The notes below the pieces were generated by a model, which was not told where the DNA came from, did no database searches, and was given only the letters and a program-made list of their open reading frames with translations. The position numbers and the translations under genes were made by a program. Below are positions 1-10,083 of a stretch of 32,187 nucleotides of DNA, one piece after another. Source of the DNA: Octopus bimaculoides. Taxonomy: Eukaryota. Location: the NCBI RefSeq assembly GCF_001194135.2, contig NC_069007.1:17093946-17126132 (forward strand), given 5' to 3'. Position 1 is the first letter of the stretch; each line of letters begins with the position of its first letter.

Positions 1-41
<41 letters not shown>
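1..41. repeat. (TA)n microsatellite
   Basis: Direct reading. Confidence 0.98.
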
Positions 42-44
<3 letters not shown>

Positions 45-149
45 GACGGAGTGTACAACATGTACATGGGGAGAAAATGGTGTGATTGCATTCAGTTTCA
101 AAAATTAATCCAGAGGCACACACAGTCATATATAGCCAGTTACTTTACA

Positions 150-296
150 AATAATTCCTTTCGACTAAAAAATGTATGTTTGCCTTCTAAATATCAGTTT
201 AATAATGGCAAAGTAATTTCATTAAATTCTTCATTATTTTCGAAATTATTTGCAACAAAGTCTATTTGAACTGGAATAGGGTAAGAAAAGGGTTAA
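150..296. mobile_element. Right-end remnant of a TTAA/CCC-type (piggyBac-like) MITE
   Basis: Ends AAAAGGGTTAA; its internal sequence resembles 460-560. Confidence 0.45.
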
Positions 297-333
297 AATA
301 AATCTTAGTTAAAACCTTCCTCAAAATTTCACA

Positions 334-560
334 TTAACCCTTTTGTTACCAAACCGGCTGAAACTGGCTCTGGTTCTGTAAGAGAAATGTCCTGTTTTCA
401 TAAGTTCTGAATTAAAATCTTCCACCAAACCTTAGTCACAATTTATGTTCCTAACACTAGCTTAATGATAACTAAGTTATTTTACTAAATTCTTTGTTAT
501 ATTTAAAATAATTGAAAGAAACACAGCATCTCAAAATAAATATGGTAACGAAAGGGTTAA
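334..560. mobile_element. piggyBac-like MITE, family 1
   Basis: TTAA-CCCTTTTGTTACC ... GGTAACGAAAGGG-TTAA: TIRs with 1 mismatch and TTAA at both ends. Confidence 0.75.
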
Positions 561-631
561 TTCATGTTCTAAATGCTAGATCAATAAATTGCTGTTATGA
601 ACTCCACACAAACCTGTTCTGTCTTATGTAG

Positions 632-748
632 GATGTGATCCAGAAATTATTGAAAGATCCAGTGATCCAAGAATGCCGTCTTCGAGCTGAAACAGAGGAT
701 CTAGCAATGACAGTACTCGAAGGGGCTAACAATCCTGCTACCACCAAT
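632..748 (+). CDS. ERCC3: XPB/ERCC3 internal coding exon (first visible; phase 0-0)
   Basis: TAG acceptor at 629-631, GTAAG donor at 749. Translates DVIQKLLKDPVIQECRLRAETEDLAMTVLEGANNPATTN, matching the XPB segment DVIQxLLxDPVIxECRLR. Confidence 0.9.
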
Positions 749-819
749 GTAAGCTCAGTTTCATGTGTTTTCTTTCTTTTCTTTTTTTATTATTTATTTT
801 ACAGCCTCTTTGCTTTATC

Positions 820-1020
820 TTTTACTTGTTACTCATTGGACTCTGACTGGCCATTCTGGGGCACGATCTTGAAGGGTTTTCGTCAAACAAATCATCCTCA
901 GTATTTGTTTTTAATGTCTGGTAATTATTCTATTGGTCTTTTTGCTGAACTGCTAAGTTACACGAACATAAACCAGCACCGGTTTTCAAGCAGTGGTGGT
1001 GACAAACACAAAGATACCCC
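820..1020 (-). mobile_element. SINE family A, degenerate 3' half
   Basis: Reverse complement resembles the 3' half of the full copy at 22827-23230. Confidence 0.6.
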
Positions 1021-1192
1021 CCTCCCCCCCACATTAAATGAGTCAAGCTGTTATTAAAAATATATATGTAATTTACCAAATATGTTGCATGCTGCTTTCT
1101 TTCATTGTGTGTGCGTATTTATATATATATATAGAAACTCATCGATGAGTTCATGAACCTTGGTTCTTTTCCCTAAAACTATATATATATAT

Positions 1193-1381
1193 ATATATAT
1201 AATTTAATTTATATAAGGGCATTACTATACAATAATGCCTCATGCTTAGAGGGACTTTATAAGTCAAAACTACCAAAATAAGCAATATGTGCTTATTTTG
1301 GTAGTTTTGACTTATGGAGTCCCTCTAAGCGTGAGGCATTATTGTATAGAAATGCCCCTTACATAAATTAAATTATATATA
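1193..1381. repeat. ~190-bp palindrome (fold-back MITE-like) in an XPB intron
   Basis: Arms ~1193-1284 and ~1290-1381 with a 5-nt spacer; about 5 substitutions and 1 indel; flanked by TA. Confidence 0.9.
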
Positions 1382-1461
1382 TTTATGGGGAAAAAATGAT
1401 GTTTTTTTTTTCCTTATGAGGTTTTTTTAGGCTGACTACTTGATAAATTCTTATAAAGATT

Positions 1462-2324
1462 NNNNNNNNNNNNNNNNNNNNNNNNNNNNNNNNNNNNNNN
1501 NNNNNNNNNNNNNNNNNNNNNNNNNNNNNNNNNNNNNNNNNNNNNNNNNNNNNNNNNNNNNNNNNNNNNNNNNNNNNNNNNNNNNNNNNNNNNNNNNNNN
1601 NNNNNNNNNNNNNNNNNNNNNNNNNNNNNNNNNNNNNNNNNNNNNNNNNNNNNNNNNNNNNNNNNNNNNNNNNNNNNNNNNNNNNNNNNNNNNNNNNNNN
1701 NNNNNNNNNNNNNNNNNNNNNNNNNNNNNNNNNNNNNNNNNNNNNNNNNNNNNNNNNNNNNNNNNNNNNNNNNNNNNNNNNNNNNNNNNNNNNNNNNNNN
1801 NNNNNNNNNNNNNNNNNNNNNNNNNNNNNNNNNNNNNNNNNNNNNNNNNNNNNNNNNNNNNNNNNNNNNNNNNNNNNNNNNNNNNNNNNNNNNNNNNNNN
1901 NNNNNNNNNNNNNNNNNNNNNNNNNNNNNNNNNNNNNNNNNNNNNNNNNNNNNNNNNNNNNNNNNNNNNNNNNNNNNNNNNNNNNNNNNNNNNNNNNNNN
2001 NNNNNNNNNNNNNNNNNNNNNNNNNNNNNNNNNNNNNNNNNNNNNNNNNNNNNNNNNNNNNNNNNNNNNNNNNNNNNNNNNNNNNNNNNNNNNNNNNNNN
2101 NNNNNNNNNNNNNNNNNNNNNNNNNNNNNNNNNNNNNNNNNNNNNNNNNNNNNNNNNNNNNNNNNNNNNNNNNNNNNNNNNNNNNNNNNNNNNNNNNNNN
2201 NNNNNNNNNNNNNNNNNNNNNNNNNNNNNNNNNNNNNNNNNNNNNNNNNNNNNNNNNNNNNNNNNNNNNNNNNNNNNNNNNNNNNNNNNNNNNNNNNNNN
2301 NNNNNNNNNNNNNNNNNNNNNNNN
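1462..2324. other. Assembly gap (other gaps: 11532-12143, 13113-13612, 21482-21558, 24144-24406, 27603-27702, 28787-29026, 29958-30334)
   Basis: N runs. Confidence 1.
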
Positions 2325-2357
<33 letters not shown>

Positions 2358-2537
2358 CACACACACACACATATATACAATGGGCTTCTTTCAGTTTCTG
2401 TCTACCAAATCCGCTCACAAGGCTTTGGTCGGCCTCAAACTATTGTAGAAGACACATGCCCAAGGTGCCGTGCAGTGGGACTGAACCTGGAACCATGTGG
2501 TTGGGAAGGAAAGTTCTTACCACACAGCCATGCCTGT
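2325..2537 (-). mobile_element. SINE family A, 5' half (tRNA-derived head)
   Basis: Reverse complement gives A-box TGGCTGTGTGGT and B-box GGTTCAGTCCC, then CCTTGGGCA..., then the internal TA/TG microsatellite running into the gap. Confidence 0.85.
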
Positions 2538-2582
2538 AAATGTTTTTTATAAATGTTTTTTTTGTTTCTGTTTTATTTTCAG

Positions 2583-2654
2583 GTGTATTGAACTGGAGTA
2601 TCCACTCTTGGCCGAGTACGACTTCAGAAATGATACTCACAACCCAGATATCAA
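2583..2654 (+). CDS. ERCC3: XPB exon (phase 2-2)
   Basis: ttttcAG acceptor, GTGAGT donor. Translates (R)[23 protein letters not shown](N). Confidence 0.95.
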
Positions 2655-3044
2655 GTGAGTTAACTCGTTCTTCTTTGTTATTATAACAATGTGCAAGTGT
2701 CTGTGTATGAGGTCTGAGGTCTGATCAAGGAGTATTGAGACAATGCTATAAAAAGAAAACCACAGCACAAATATCAATTTGACATTTGATCTCCTTTGAA
2801 GTAGTCCCCTTCTGAAGACATACACTTTATCTTGCTTTGTTTCCATTGATGAAAGCATCCCTGGAGCTCCCTTTTTGGGAAAGCAAACAGCTGCCTTGTC
2901 TCTTGCCCTTGAATTTCTTTGACACCTTGAAATCTTGTTCTTTTCAAGTGGGACTTGATTTTTGGAAAGATTCTGGGCCATAATAACCTTCAAGACATTC
3001 GTTTTTATATTCTTTCAGGTAAAACACAATTATTTTCCAAATGC

Positions 3045-3047
<3 letters not shown>

Positions 3048-3131
<84 letters not shown>
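3048..3131. repeat. (CA)n microsatellite, ~42 units
   Basis: Direct reading. Confidence 0.98.
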
Positions 3132-3137
<6 letters not shown>

Positions 3138-3221
3138 ATGTATAGAGAGGAGTTTGTATGGGTATCAATATGTACGACAGTGTAAGTATTCAGTATGTAT
3201 GACAGTGTATGTACTCCATAC

Positions 3222-3613
3222 GTTGTTGTTGTTGGCACTCCGTCGCTTATGATGTTGAGGGTTCCAGTTGATCCAATCAACGGAACAGCCTGCTCGTGAA
3301 ATTAACGTTCAAGTGGCTGAGAACTCCACAGACATGTGTACCTTCAACGTAGTTCCCGGGGATATTCAGCGTGACACAGAGTGTGACAAGGCTGACCCTT
3401 TGAAATACAGGCACAACAGAAACAGGAAGAAAGAGTGAGAGAAAGTTGTGGTGAAAGAGTACAGCAGGGTTCGCCACCATCCCCTGCCGGAGCCTCATGG
3501 AGCTTTGGGTGTTTTCGCTCAATAAACACTCACAACGCCCGGTCTGGGAATCGGAACAGCGATCCTATGATCGCGAGTCCGTTGCCCTAACCACTGGGCC
3601 ATTGCACCTCCAC
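3222..3613 (-). mobile_element. SINE family C, apparently full length (tRNA-derived head, (AAC)n tail)
   Basis: Reverse complement begins GTGGAGGTGCAATGGCCCAGTGGTTAGGGC...GTTCCGATTCCC and ends in AAC repeats. Further copies at 4105-4310 and 12144-12308. Confidence 0.85.
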
Positions 3614-3669
3614 ACTCAATACGTAATGTTCTACAGAATACTACTCCTCCATTACAATCACAATTACCT

Positions 3670-3762
3670 TGCACCACCACCACCTCCACCACCACCGCTC
3701 CTGTTTCTACTACCACCTCCACCACCACCGCTCCTGTTTCTACTACCACCTCCACCACCACC
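3670..3762. repeat. (ACC)n-rich tract containing a 33-bp tandem duplication
   Basis: ACCACCTCCACCACCACCGCTCCTGTTTCTACT is repeated. Confidence 0.85.
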
Positions 3763-3810
3763 TTAACTGACCTAGACTGTTTTTCTCTCTCTCTCTCTCT
3801 CTCATTACAG

Positions 3811-3917
3811 TATTGATCTGAAGCCAAGCACCATGTTACGTCCTTACCAAGAGAAGAGTCTTCGTAAAATGTTTGGTAATGGTCGGGCCAGGTCAGGGGT
3901 CATTGTTTTACCCTGCG
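3811..3917 (+). CDS. ERCC3: XPB exon, Q motif and start of Walker A (phase 2-1)
   Basis: ttacAG acceptor, GTAAGT donor. Translates [35 protein letters not shown](G). Confidence 0.97.
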
Positions 3918-4104
3918 GTAAGTTGCAGTTGTTGTTGTTGTTTAGCTATCCCCCGCCCCTCTTCTAATGACACCCGTCTTTTCACTCCTCACAGTAAACC
4001 CTCTCTCCCAAGTTACCTCTATTGCCCTCCATCACTTCCTCTTACCCTTATCTTCCTGCTCACCCTTACACCTTGAAGAAGATGCCCTCTAATTTTTCTT
4101 TGAA

Positions 4105-4310
4105 TTACAGGCACAATAGAAACAGGAAGAAAGAGTGAGAGAAAGTTGTGGTGAAAGAGTACAGCAGGGTTCGCCGCCATCCCCTGCCGGAGCCTCGTGG
4201 AGCTTTGGGTGTTTTTGCTCAATAAACACTCACAGCTCCCGGGCTGGGAATCAAAACCGCTATCCTGTGACCGCGAATCCGCTGCCCTAATCACTGGGCC
4301 ATTGTGCCTC
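4105..4310 (-). mobile_element. SINE family C, 5' half
   Basis: Highly similar to 3405-3610. Confidence 0.85.
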
Positions 4311-4503
4311 CCTTCATGGCTTTAAGGGTGTCTTGAAAGGCCTGGTTGGAGGGCCAACCTTCCGAGTTCTCTTACAAGGCTTCCAAACTTGAGGACCACT
4401 GCAATAAAAATGTGTGAATCTGAGAGGGGAATATGTTGAATAAAATCATAATTAACTATTTTCTTTTTATCCAAAGCAGGGACCTTTTCAGCACCCTTAC
4501 GTA
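4311..4503 (+). mobile_element. mariner-derived MITE
   Basis: Paralog of 8221-8426; right TIR ...TTTTCAGCACCCTTACG-TA; retains GEYVE* coding remnant. Confidence 0.7.
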
Positions 4504-4547
4504 TAATGTTTGTTTGTGTCATAGCATCTAAATTCTTGTACCTGTAG

Positions 4548-4651
4548 GTGCTGGCAAGACACTAGTTGGAGTAACAGCTGCCTGTACAGTAAGAAAAAGA
4601 TGTATAGTGTTGTGCACCTCAGGTGTGGCTGTAGAACAGTGGCGTTCTCAG
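4548..4651 (+). CDS. ERCC3: XPB exon, Walker A GAGKT and motif Ia (phase 1-0)
   Basis: ctgtAG acceptor, GTATCT donor. Translates [35 protein letters not shown]. Confidence 0.97.
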
Positions 4652-4685
4652 GTATCTGTTATTTTGATGTGTTATACATAGTTAT

Positions 4686-4915
4686 TTAACCCTTTAGTAT
4701 TCAAACCGGCCATATTTAGCTGAAATATTCTACCTGTTTTATATTCAAACCAGCGGGATTTGACCTTTCACGCACACCCTACAATGTTATTCTAAAGATA
4801 AATGATCATATCATTTAAATCTTGGGACTACAAGATAATACATGATTAATTCAAAATGAAATTTGAATAGATAAGCATTACACTTGACAAGGTAGTCTGA
4901 ATGGTAAAGGTTTAA
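4686..4915. mobile_element. piggyBac-like MITE, family 2
   Basis: TTAACCCTTTAGTATTCA ... TGAATGGTAAAGGTTTAA imperfect TIRs with TTAA ends. Confidence 0.7.
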
Positions 4916-4929
4916 TTAAAGGTTTTGAC

Positions 4930-5160
4930 CAGTGATTCTCAACTGGGGTCCAATACGGCCCTTGGGTGTCCATATAAGATTTTGTTAAAATTTATCTGCA
5001 ATAAACTACTTAGGCTTCTACAGTACGCAGTGTTTAAACACTTTTTCGTACCATTCCTAATATTTAACCATAAAAATATCGTAGTTTTTGGACATCGAAT
5101 AGTCATGAGGGTCTCCCTTCCTCCTCACTGAGTAAAATAGGGACCAAAAGGGACTGTGAA
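4930..5160. mobile_element. hAT-like MITE fragment
   Basis: Begins CAGTGATTCTCAACTGGGG (hAT/Charlie-type end); an inverted paralog lies at 10084-10462. Confidence 0.5.
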
Positions 5161-5179
5161 GTATCAAGGGATGAGTCTT

Positions 5180-5297
5180 GGACATTTACTCCCCACAAGG
5201 ACAATTACCCCTGAGGAAAACATAATGATTTAAAACAATATATTGGAGAGGGGTTAATTAACCAAGGGGCGTAATTGTCCTAATGGGGTAATTGTCC
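5180..5297. repeat. Small element with nested double inverted repeats
   Basis: GGACATTTACTCCCC and GGACAATTACCCC on the left; GGGGCGTAATTGTCC and GGGGTAATTGTCC on the right. Confidence 0.7.
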
Positions 5298-5349
5298 TGA
5301 TATGCAAGGGAAAGTGGGTTTTTATTACAGACTCTTAGTTACTCTGAAT

Positions 5350-5500
5350 GGTCAAGAAGTTCACTTAGCAATCACATGACTGGGGGTTCAAATTCTACTG
5401 TGGGCTGACTTGGAAAAGTGCTCTTTTTGCTGTAGCTTCAGGGTGGGGCCAAGCCTTATGACTAAACTTTGATAGATGGAAATTGTTAGGGTGCCTGTTG
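5350..5500 (+). mobile_element. SINE family A, old degenerate 5' half
   Basis: GGTTCAAATTC B-box-like motif and TTGGAAAAGTG...GATGGAAA similarity. Confidence 0.45.
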
Positions 5501-5905
5501 TATGGATAATACTTCTAAAACAGTAATCCAAGGATTTGGCTTTGTTACATTCTGTCTTGGAGATTTCACCTGAAGATTACAATAAAAGGACTTGTGTTAA
5601 TGGATTTCTCAGCCACTGGGGTGTGAATTCAATGAGTTTGACAGATCAGATGATCAAACAACTGAGAAGTCATGGCTGGAAATTCTGACCAACTGGACAA
5701 AGAGAGATGGTGGTGAAGATGTGCCATGGTGTTGGGCGGGGGGTGAATACAAGAGAAGGGGAGAGTGGAGAAGTAAGTTCATGGGAGTGTGAGAGGATGG
5801 TGGTAGATAGATAGAGATGGGGATAGAGGGGAAACAGCTTAAATAAGTTATTAACATGCTTTCTTTTTCTTTTTTTTTCTCTTCCTGAATTATTGTTGCG
5901 AAAAG

Positions 5906-5978
5906 TTCAAAATGTGGTCAACTGCCAATGACAGCATCATTTGTCGGTTTACTTCTGATGCCAAGGACAAACCTAATG
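5906..5978 (+). CDS. ERCC3: XPB exon (phase 0-1)
   Basis: AAG acceptor (first AG after the pyrimidine tract), GTAAGA donor. Translates [24 protein letters not shown]. Confidence 0.95.
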
Positions 5979-6044
5979 GTAAGATCTTATGGTTTCTCTT
6001 TCAATGTTTCACTGGAATAAACTAACAAAGGGCTTGTAACCTTG

Positions 6045-6159
6045 TAGCATTCAGTGTCTGCTGACAACAATAAATACCAGTTGAGCACTGGGGTCAATAT
6101 AATCAACTTACCCCCTTCCCCTGAGATTCCTGGCCTTGTGCTGAAATTTGAAGTCTCCA

Positions 6160-6191
<32 letters not shown>

Positions 6192-6401
6192 GTGGCAGGC
6201 TGTCAGGCTTGTTAGCACGTTGGGCAAAATGCTTAACAGCATTTCATCTGTCTTTATGTTCTGAGTTCAAGTTTTGCTTAGGTTGACTTTGCCTTTCATC
6301 CTTTCGGGGTCGATAAATTAAGTACCAGTTTATGAGTACTGGAGTTGATGTGATTGATTTACCCCCCTTTTCAAAATTGCTAGCCTTGTGCCAAAATTTG
6401 T

Positions 6402-6403
<2 letters not shown>
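6045..6403 (+). mobile_element. Two tandem SINE family B copies (6045-6160 partial; 6192-6403) separated by (ATT)n
   Basis: Shared body GACTTTGCCTTTCATCCTTTCGGGGTCGATAAATTAAGTACCAGTT...TGGCCTTGTGCCAAAATTTG, followed by (ATT)n/(CAT)n tails. Confidence 0.8.
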
Positions 6404-6454
<51 letters not shown>

Positions 6455-6455
<1 letters not shown>

Positions 6456-7128
6456 TATTATTATTATTATTAATGGTTTCCTTTCATTATAACTTTATTT
6501 CAGCTGCCTTAATACCGGGCATCCTCTAGGGGTCAAGAGAAGCAAGGGCGTTTTGCTATGCATGCTGAAATTATCACCACATTTATCCCATCTCAGATGG
6601 GGACTGCTTCCCATAGTATATGGCCTGTACCCATCGAGGTTACCTTTTGTAGTTCAGGGAGTTGCTTAATATCCTTCTCAGCTCCCCTCTTCATCATCCC
6701 CAACGCACCAAATACCACTGGTATTATCACAGTACTAAGCTTCTACATCTTTGTGATTTCAATTTGCAGATCTGAATAGTGAGAAAGCTTTTTGTATTTC
6801 TGTATTGAGACATTTTGATCTTGTGGGACAGACATATCTATCTATTAACAGACAAGTTCCTCTGTTGTAATCTTTGATCACAATGTCTGGTCAATTGGAG
6901 TCAATTTTTCTGTCTGTTTGTATTTGGGAAGTTCCAAAGGATAGTGACGCCCTCGCCATTTACTACATCCTCTGGATGGTGCCTGTGCCACGTATGGGAT
7001 TTAATTTTGTAGTATTTACAAGTGGATGTACTGCCCTAGTCTGTTCATGTCTTATGAGGTACTCCTTTTCAGTGAGGACTGGGCAGCCAGAAACAACATG
7101 AGCAATTGTCTCTGTGAATTTTCTGCAA
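6455..7128 (-). mobile_element. Dong/R4-type (RLE-encoding) non-LTR retrotransposon, degraded 3' fragment
   Basis: Minus-strand translation: ICRKFTETIAHVVSGCPVLTEKEYLIRH (CCHC knuckle remnant) ... ILWNFP-IQTDRKIDSN*PDIVIKD ... KLSHYSDLQIEITKM*KLSTVIIPVVFGALG, with stops and frameshifts; (TAA)n tail. Confidence 0.8.
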
Positions 7129-7500
7129 ATTATTATTATTATTATTCAGTAGTTTTATTTTTATAACGTGCTTTCACTTCACTATCGAGCACAGCTCTGT
7201 GTGCCTTGGGTGTGTGCTGTGGTTTGCTGTGATGCTCTTATGGTTACTGTATTGAAAGTGTTTTGCGTAGAATGTGTGCAGTGCCCAGTAGTGCAATTTT
7301 CAGTATGTTATATATATTTGTAAGTCCTGGTATTTTTGTTATGTATTTGTCTGAATATTTTTTTTATTATACCTAAGGCACCTACTATGATAGGAATTGT
7401 TTCTGTTTTTAGATTCCACATTCGAGTTACCTCTATTTCCAGGTCTTTGTATTTTGAAAGTTTCTCCATTTCTTTTAGGGAACCGTTGTCATCTGCTGGT
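7128..7500 (-). mobile_element. Second, younger Dong/R4-type 3' end
   Basis: Minus strand: PADDNGSLKEMEKLSKYKDLEIEVTRMWNLKTETIPIIVGALGII/YSDKYITKIPGLTNIYNILKIALLGTAHILRKTLSIQ*. One frameshift in an A8 run, stop at 7244-7246, ~100-nt 3'UTR, (TAA)n tail. Confidence 0.85.
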
Positions 7501-7524
7501 ATTATTATTATTATTATTATTATT

Positions 7525-7745
7525 AGGGTGACAAGCTGCCAGAATTGTAAGCACGTCAGGTAAAATGCTTCATGGCATTTCGTTCATCTTCATGTTGTTT
7601 TGAGTTCAAATTCTGCTGAGGTCAACTTTACCTTTCATCCTTTCAGGATTAATAAAACAAGTACCAGTTGAATACTTGGGACTGATGTAATTGACTTACC
7701 TCCCTCCCCTGAAATTGCTGGCCTTGTTCCCAAATTTGAAGCCAC
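7525..7745 (+). mobile_element. SINE family B copy
   Basis: Same body as 6192-6403; its (ATT)n tail runs into the acceptor of the 7793 exon. Confidence 0.8.
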
Positions 7746-7792
7746 CATTATTATTATTATTATTATTATTGTTGTTATTATTTGATTTTCAG

Positions 7793-7912
7793 ATTGTTCC
7801 ATTTGCATCAGTACTTATTCCATGTTGGCCCACACTAACAAAAGATCATGGGAAGCTGAACAGATGATGCAGTGGTTACAAAGCAAAGAATGGGGCCTCA
7901 TGGTCTTGGATG
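7793..7912 (+). CDS. ERCC3: XPB exon up to Walker B (phase 1-1)
   Basis: ttttcAG acceptor, GTCAGT donor. Translates [40 protein letters not shown](E). Confidence 0.96.
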
Positions 7913-8220
7913 GTCAGTGGTTATTTTCTTTCACCACCGTTATTCACACATGAACACACACATACAAATACACATGTCTTTCTATCTTTAACTGGTTTTG
8001 GTCATTTGACTGTGGCCATGCTGGACCACCACCTTGACCGTGAGTCCGCTGCACTTTCAGTTTTTTATCTACTCTATAAGCCTTGTATATCATACATAAT
8101 CTCTCATATATACACATACACATTCTACATATAATCTCTATACACACACTGACACCTATTTCTTTCTCTCTATATATATGTGCGTGTGTGTATGTGTACG
8201 TGTGTGTGTGTGTATGTATG

Positions 8221-8717
<497 letters not shown>

Positions 8718-8748
8718 TAAAAATTACCATTTTTTAAAATTCAGGTCA

Positions 8749-9160
8749 TTTAACCAATTAGCATATAGATTACTCTGTCAAATGTGATGCTTATTTATTT
8801 ACATCGTTTTTAATTAATCAGGCATTAGCTCATAGCTTTGAGATTTTGATGATGCAATTATCTATTTTTAGAATGACATTGTAGGGCAGGTTTGAGAGGT
8901 CAAACCTGGCCAGTTTGAACATAATACGGGTATAATATTTGGGTAGGATATGGCCTTTAGTATTCAGATTACTCTGTCAGTTATTCACATTGTTTTGAAT
9001 TAATTATGTATTATCTCATACCTTTGAGATTCTCGCAGTATAACAGTTTATTTTCAGAATGACATTGTAGGAGAGGTGTGAGATGCCAGATCTGGCCAAT
9101 TTGAGTATAAAACAGGTAGAATATTTGGGCCAAATATGACCAGCTTAGATGCTAAAAGGT
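8749..9160. mobile_element. Two tandem copies of piggyBac-like MITE family 2
   Basis: Both units are the reverse complement of 4686-4915. Confidence 0.7.
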
Positions 9161-9279
9161 AACACTGACTAACAAAGTTGATCTGTTTAACCACAGGTCA
9201 ACCCTGTTTGAGTAGAACTATAATCAAAACCATTATGCTTCACGTATCTTAATTGTGTTTCATATTGAGCAGGACCCAG

Positions 9280-9610
9280 GTATCTTCCATAAAGTGCAGG
9301 GGAGACATGGAATTGGTTTCCGATATGAGGAGGGTCCAAGGCTGCTGGAGTTCTGTGATGCAAATGACAGTGTGCCAATGTGAAAACTAGGGATAGATGA
9401 GTGGTTGGTGAGAGTAAGCCATGTACAAGGATGCTCTTAGTAAGGTGAGGGTTGGCAACAAGTATAGCGATGAATTCAAGGTACAAGTAGGGTTTCTCCA
9501 AAGATCAGTCCTCAGCCCCCTCCTGTTCATCATAGTCCTCCAGGAAATGACAGAGGTAGCTCCTCTATGCTGATGACCTTGTTCTCATAGCTGAATCACT
9601 TCCAGAACTG
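9280..9610 (+). pseudogene. Internally deleted RTE-clade LINE ORF2 relic (endonuclease plus RT)
   Basis: HGIGFRYEEGPRLLEFCDAND (9306-9368), then MYKDALSKVRVGNKYSDEFKVQVGFLQRSVLSPLLFIIVLQEMTE and LLYADDLVLIAESLPEL (YADD at 9566-9577). Confidence 0.8.
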
Positions 9611-9945
9611 TGTAGCATAGCTGTTCACACACAGACATCATATAGTCTGCCTTTTACTCTGAGGAACCTAGCCTGAAAGTCCAATGATGGGTGCTTCTAA
9701 TAGGACCCTGTGGAAGATGTGCCTGATGATTCTGCTCCCGTAACTCTCCCAGGAATAGTGAGTGGCGAAAATGGATGGATGGATAGATTTGGTTTAAGGG
9801 AGTTTTGCTGCTATTTTTAGCAAATTAAACAACTACATATACTACTTGTTGTTTCTAAGCTCGTTTCCTTTCTCCTTGTTTGACAGTTTCTTTTAATTAA
9901 CACTTAATTCTTAATTTTATTTTCCCTGTCTGTTCATTGTTCCAG

Positions 9946-10011
9946 GTCTGGTGCCCTATGACTCCAGAGTTCTATAGAGAATACCTCCATACACACTCAC
10001 AGAAGAGATTG
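9946..10011 (+). CDS. ERCC3: XPB exon (phase 0-0)
   Basis: ttccAG acceptor, GTAAGT donor. Translates VWCPMTPEFYREYLHTHSQKRL. Confidence 0.95.
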
Positions 10012-10083
10012 GTAAGTGAATTTTCAAAAGCAGGGTCTTGCTTGATTTGGGGTTATCCACCTTAACCACTGGATCTCTAGACC

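Noticed and set aside
635-1057. 140-aa ORF as a complete protein
   Set aside because: Only the first ~38 codons are XPB exon; the rest is read-through past the GTAAG donor into intron and SINE sequence.
2944-3280. HT/CV/YI dipeptide ORFs here and elsewhere, and the polyproline ORF at 3497-3766
   Set aside because: Translations of (CA)n, (TA)n and (ACC)n microsatellites.
9715-9780. Possible hammerhead ribozyme (CTGATGA at 9723 ... CGAAA at 9766)
   Set aside because: The stem II closing pair is non-canonical (T opposite C) and I found no stem I/III pairing or cleavage triplet.
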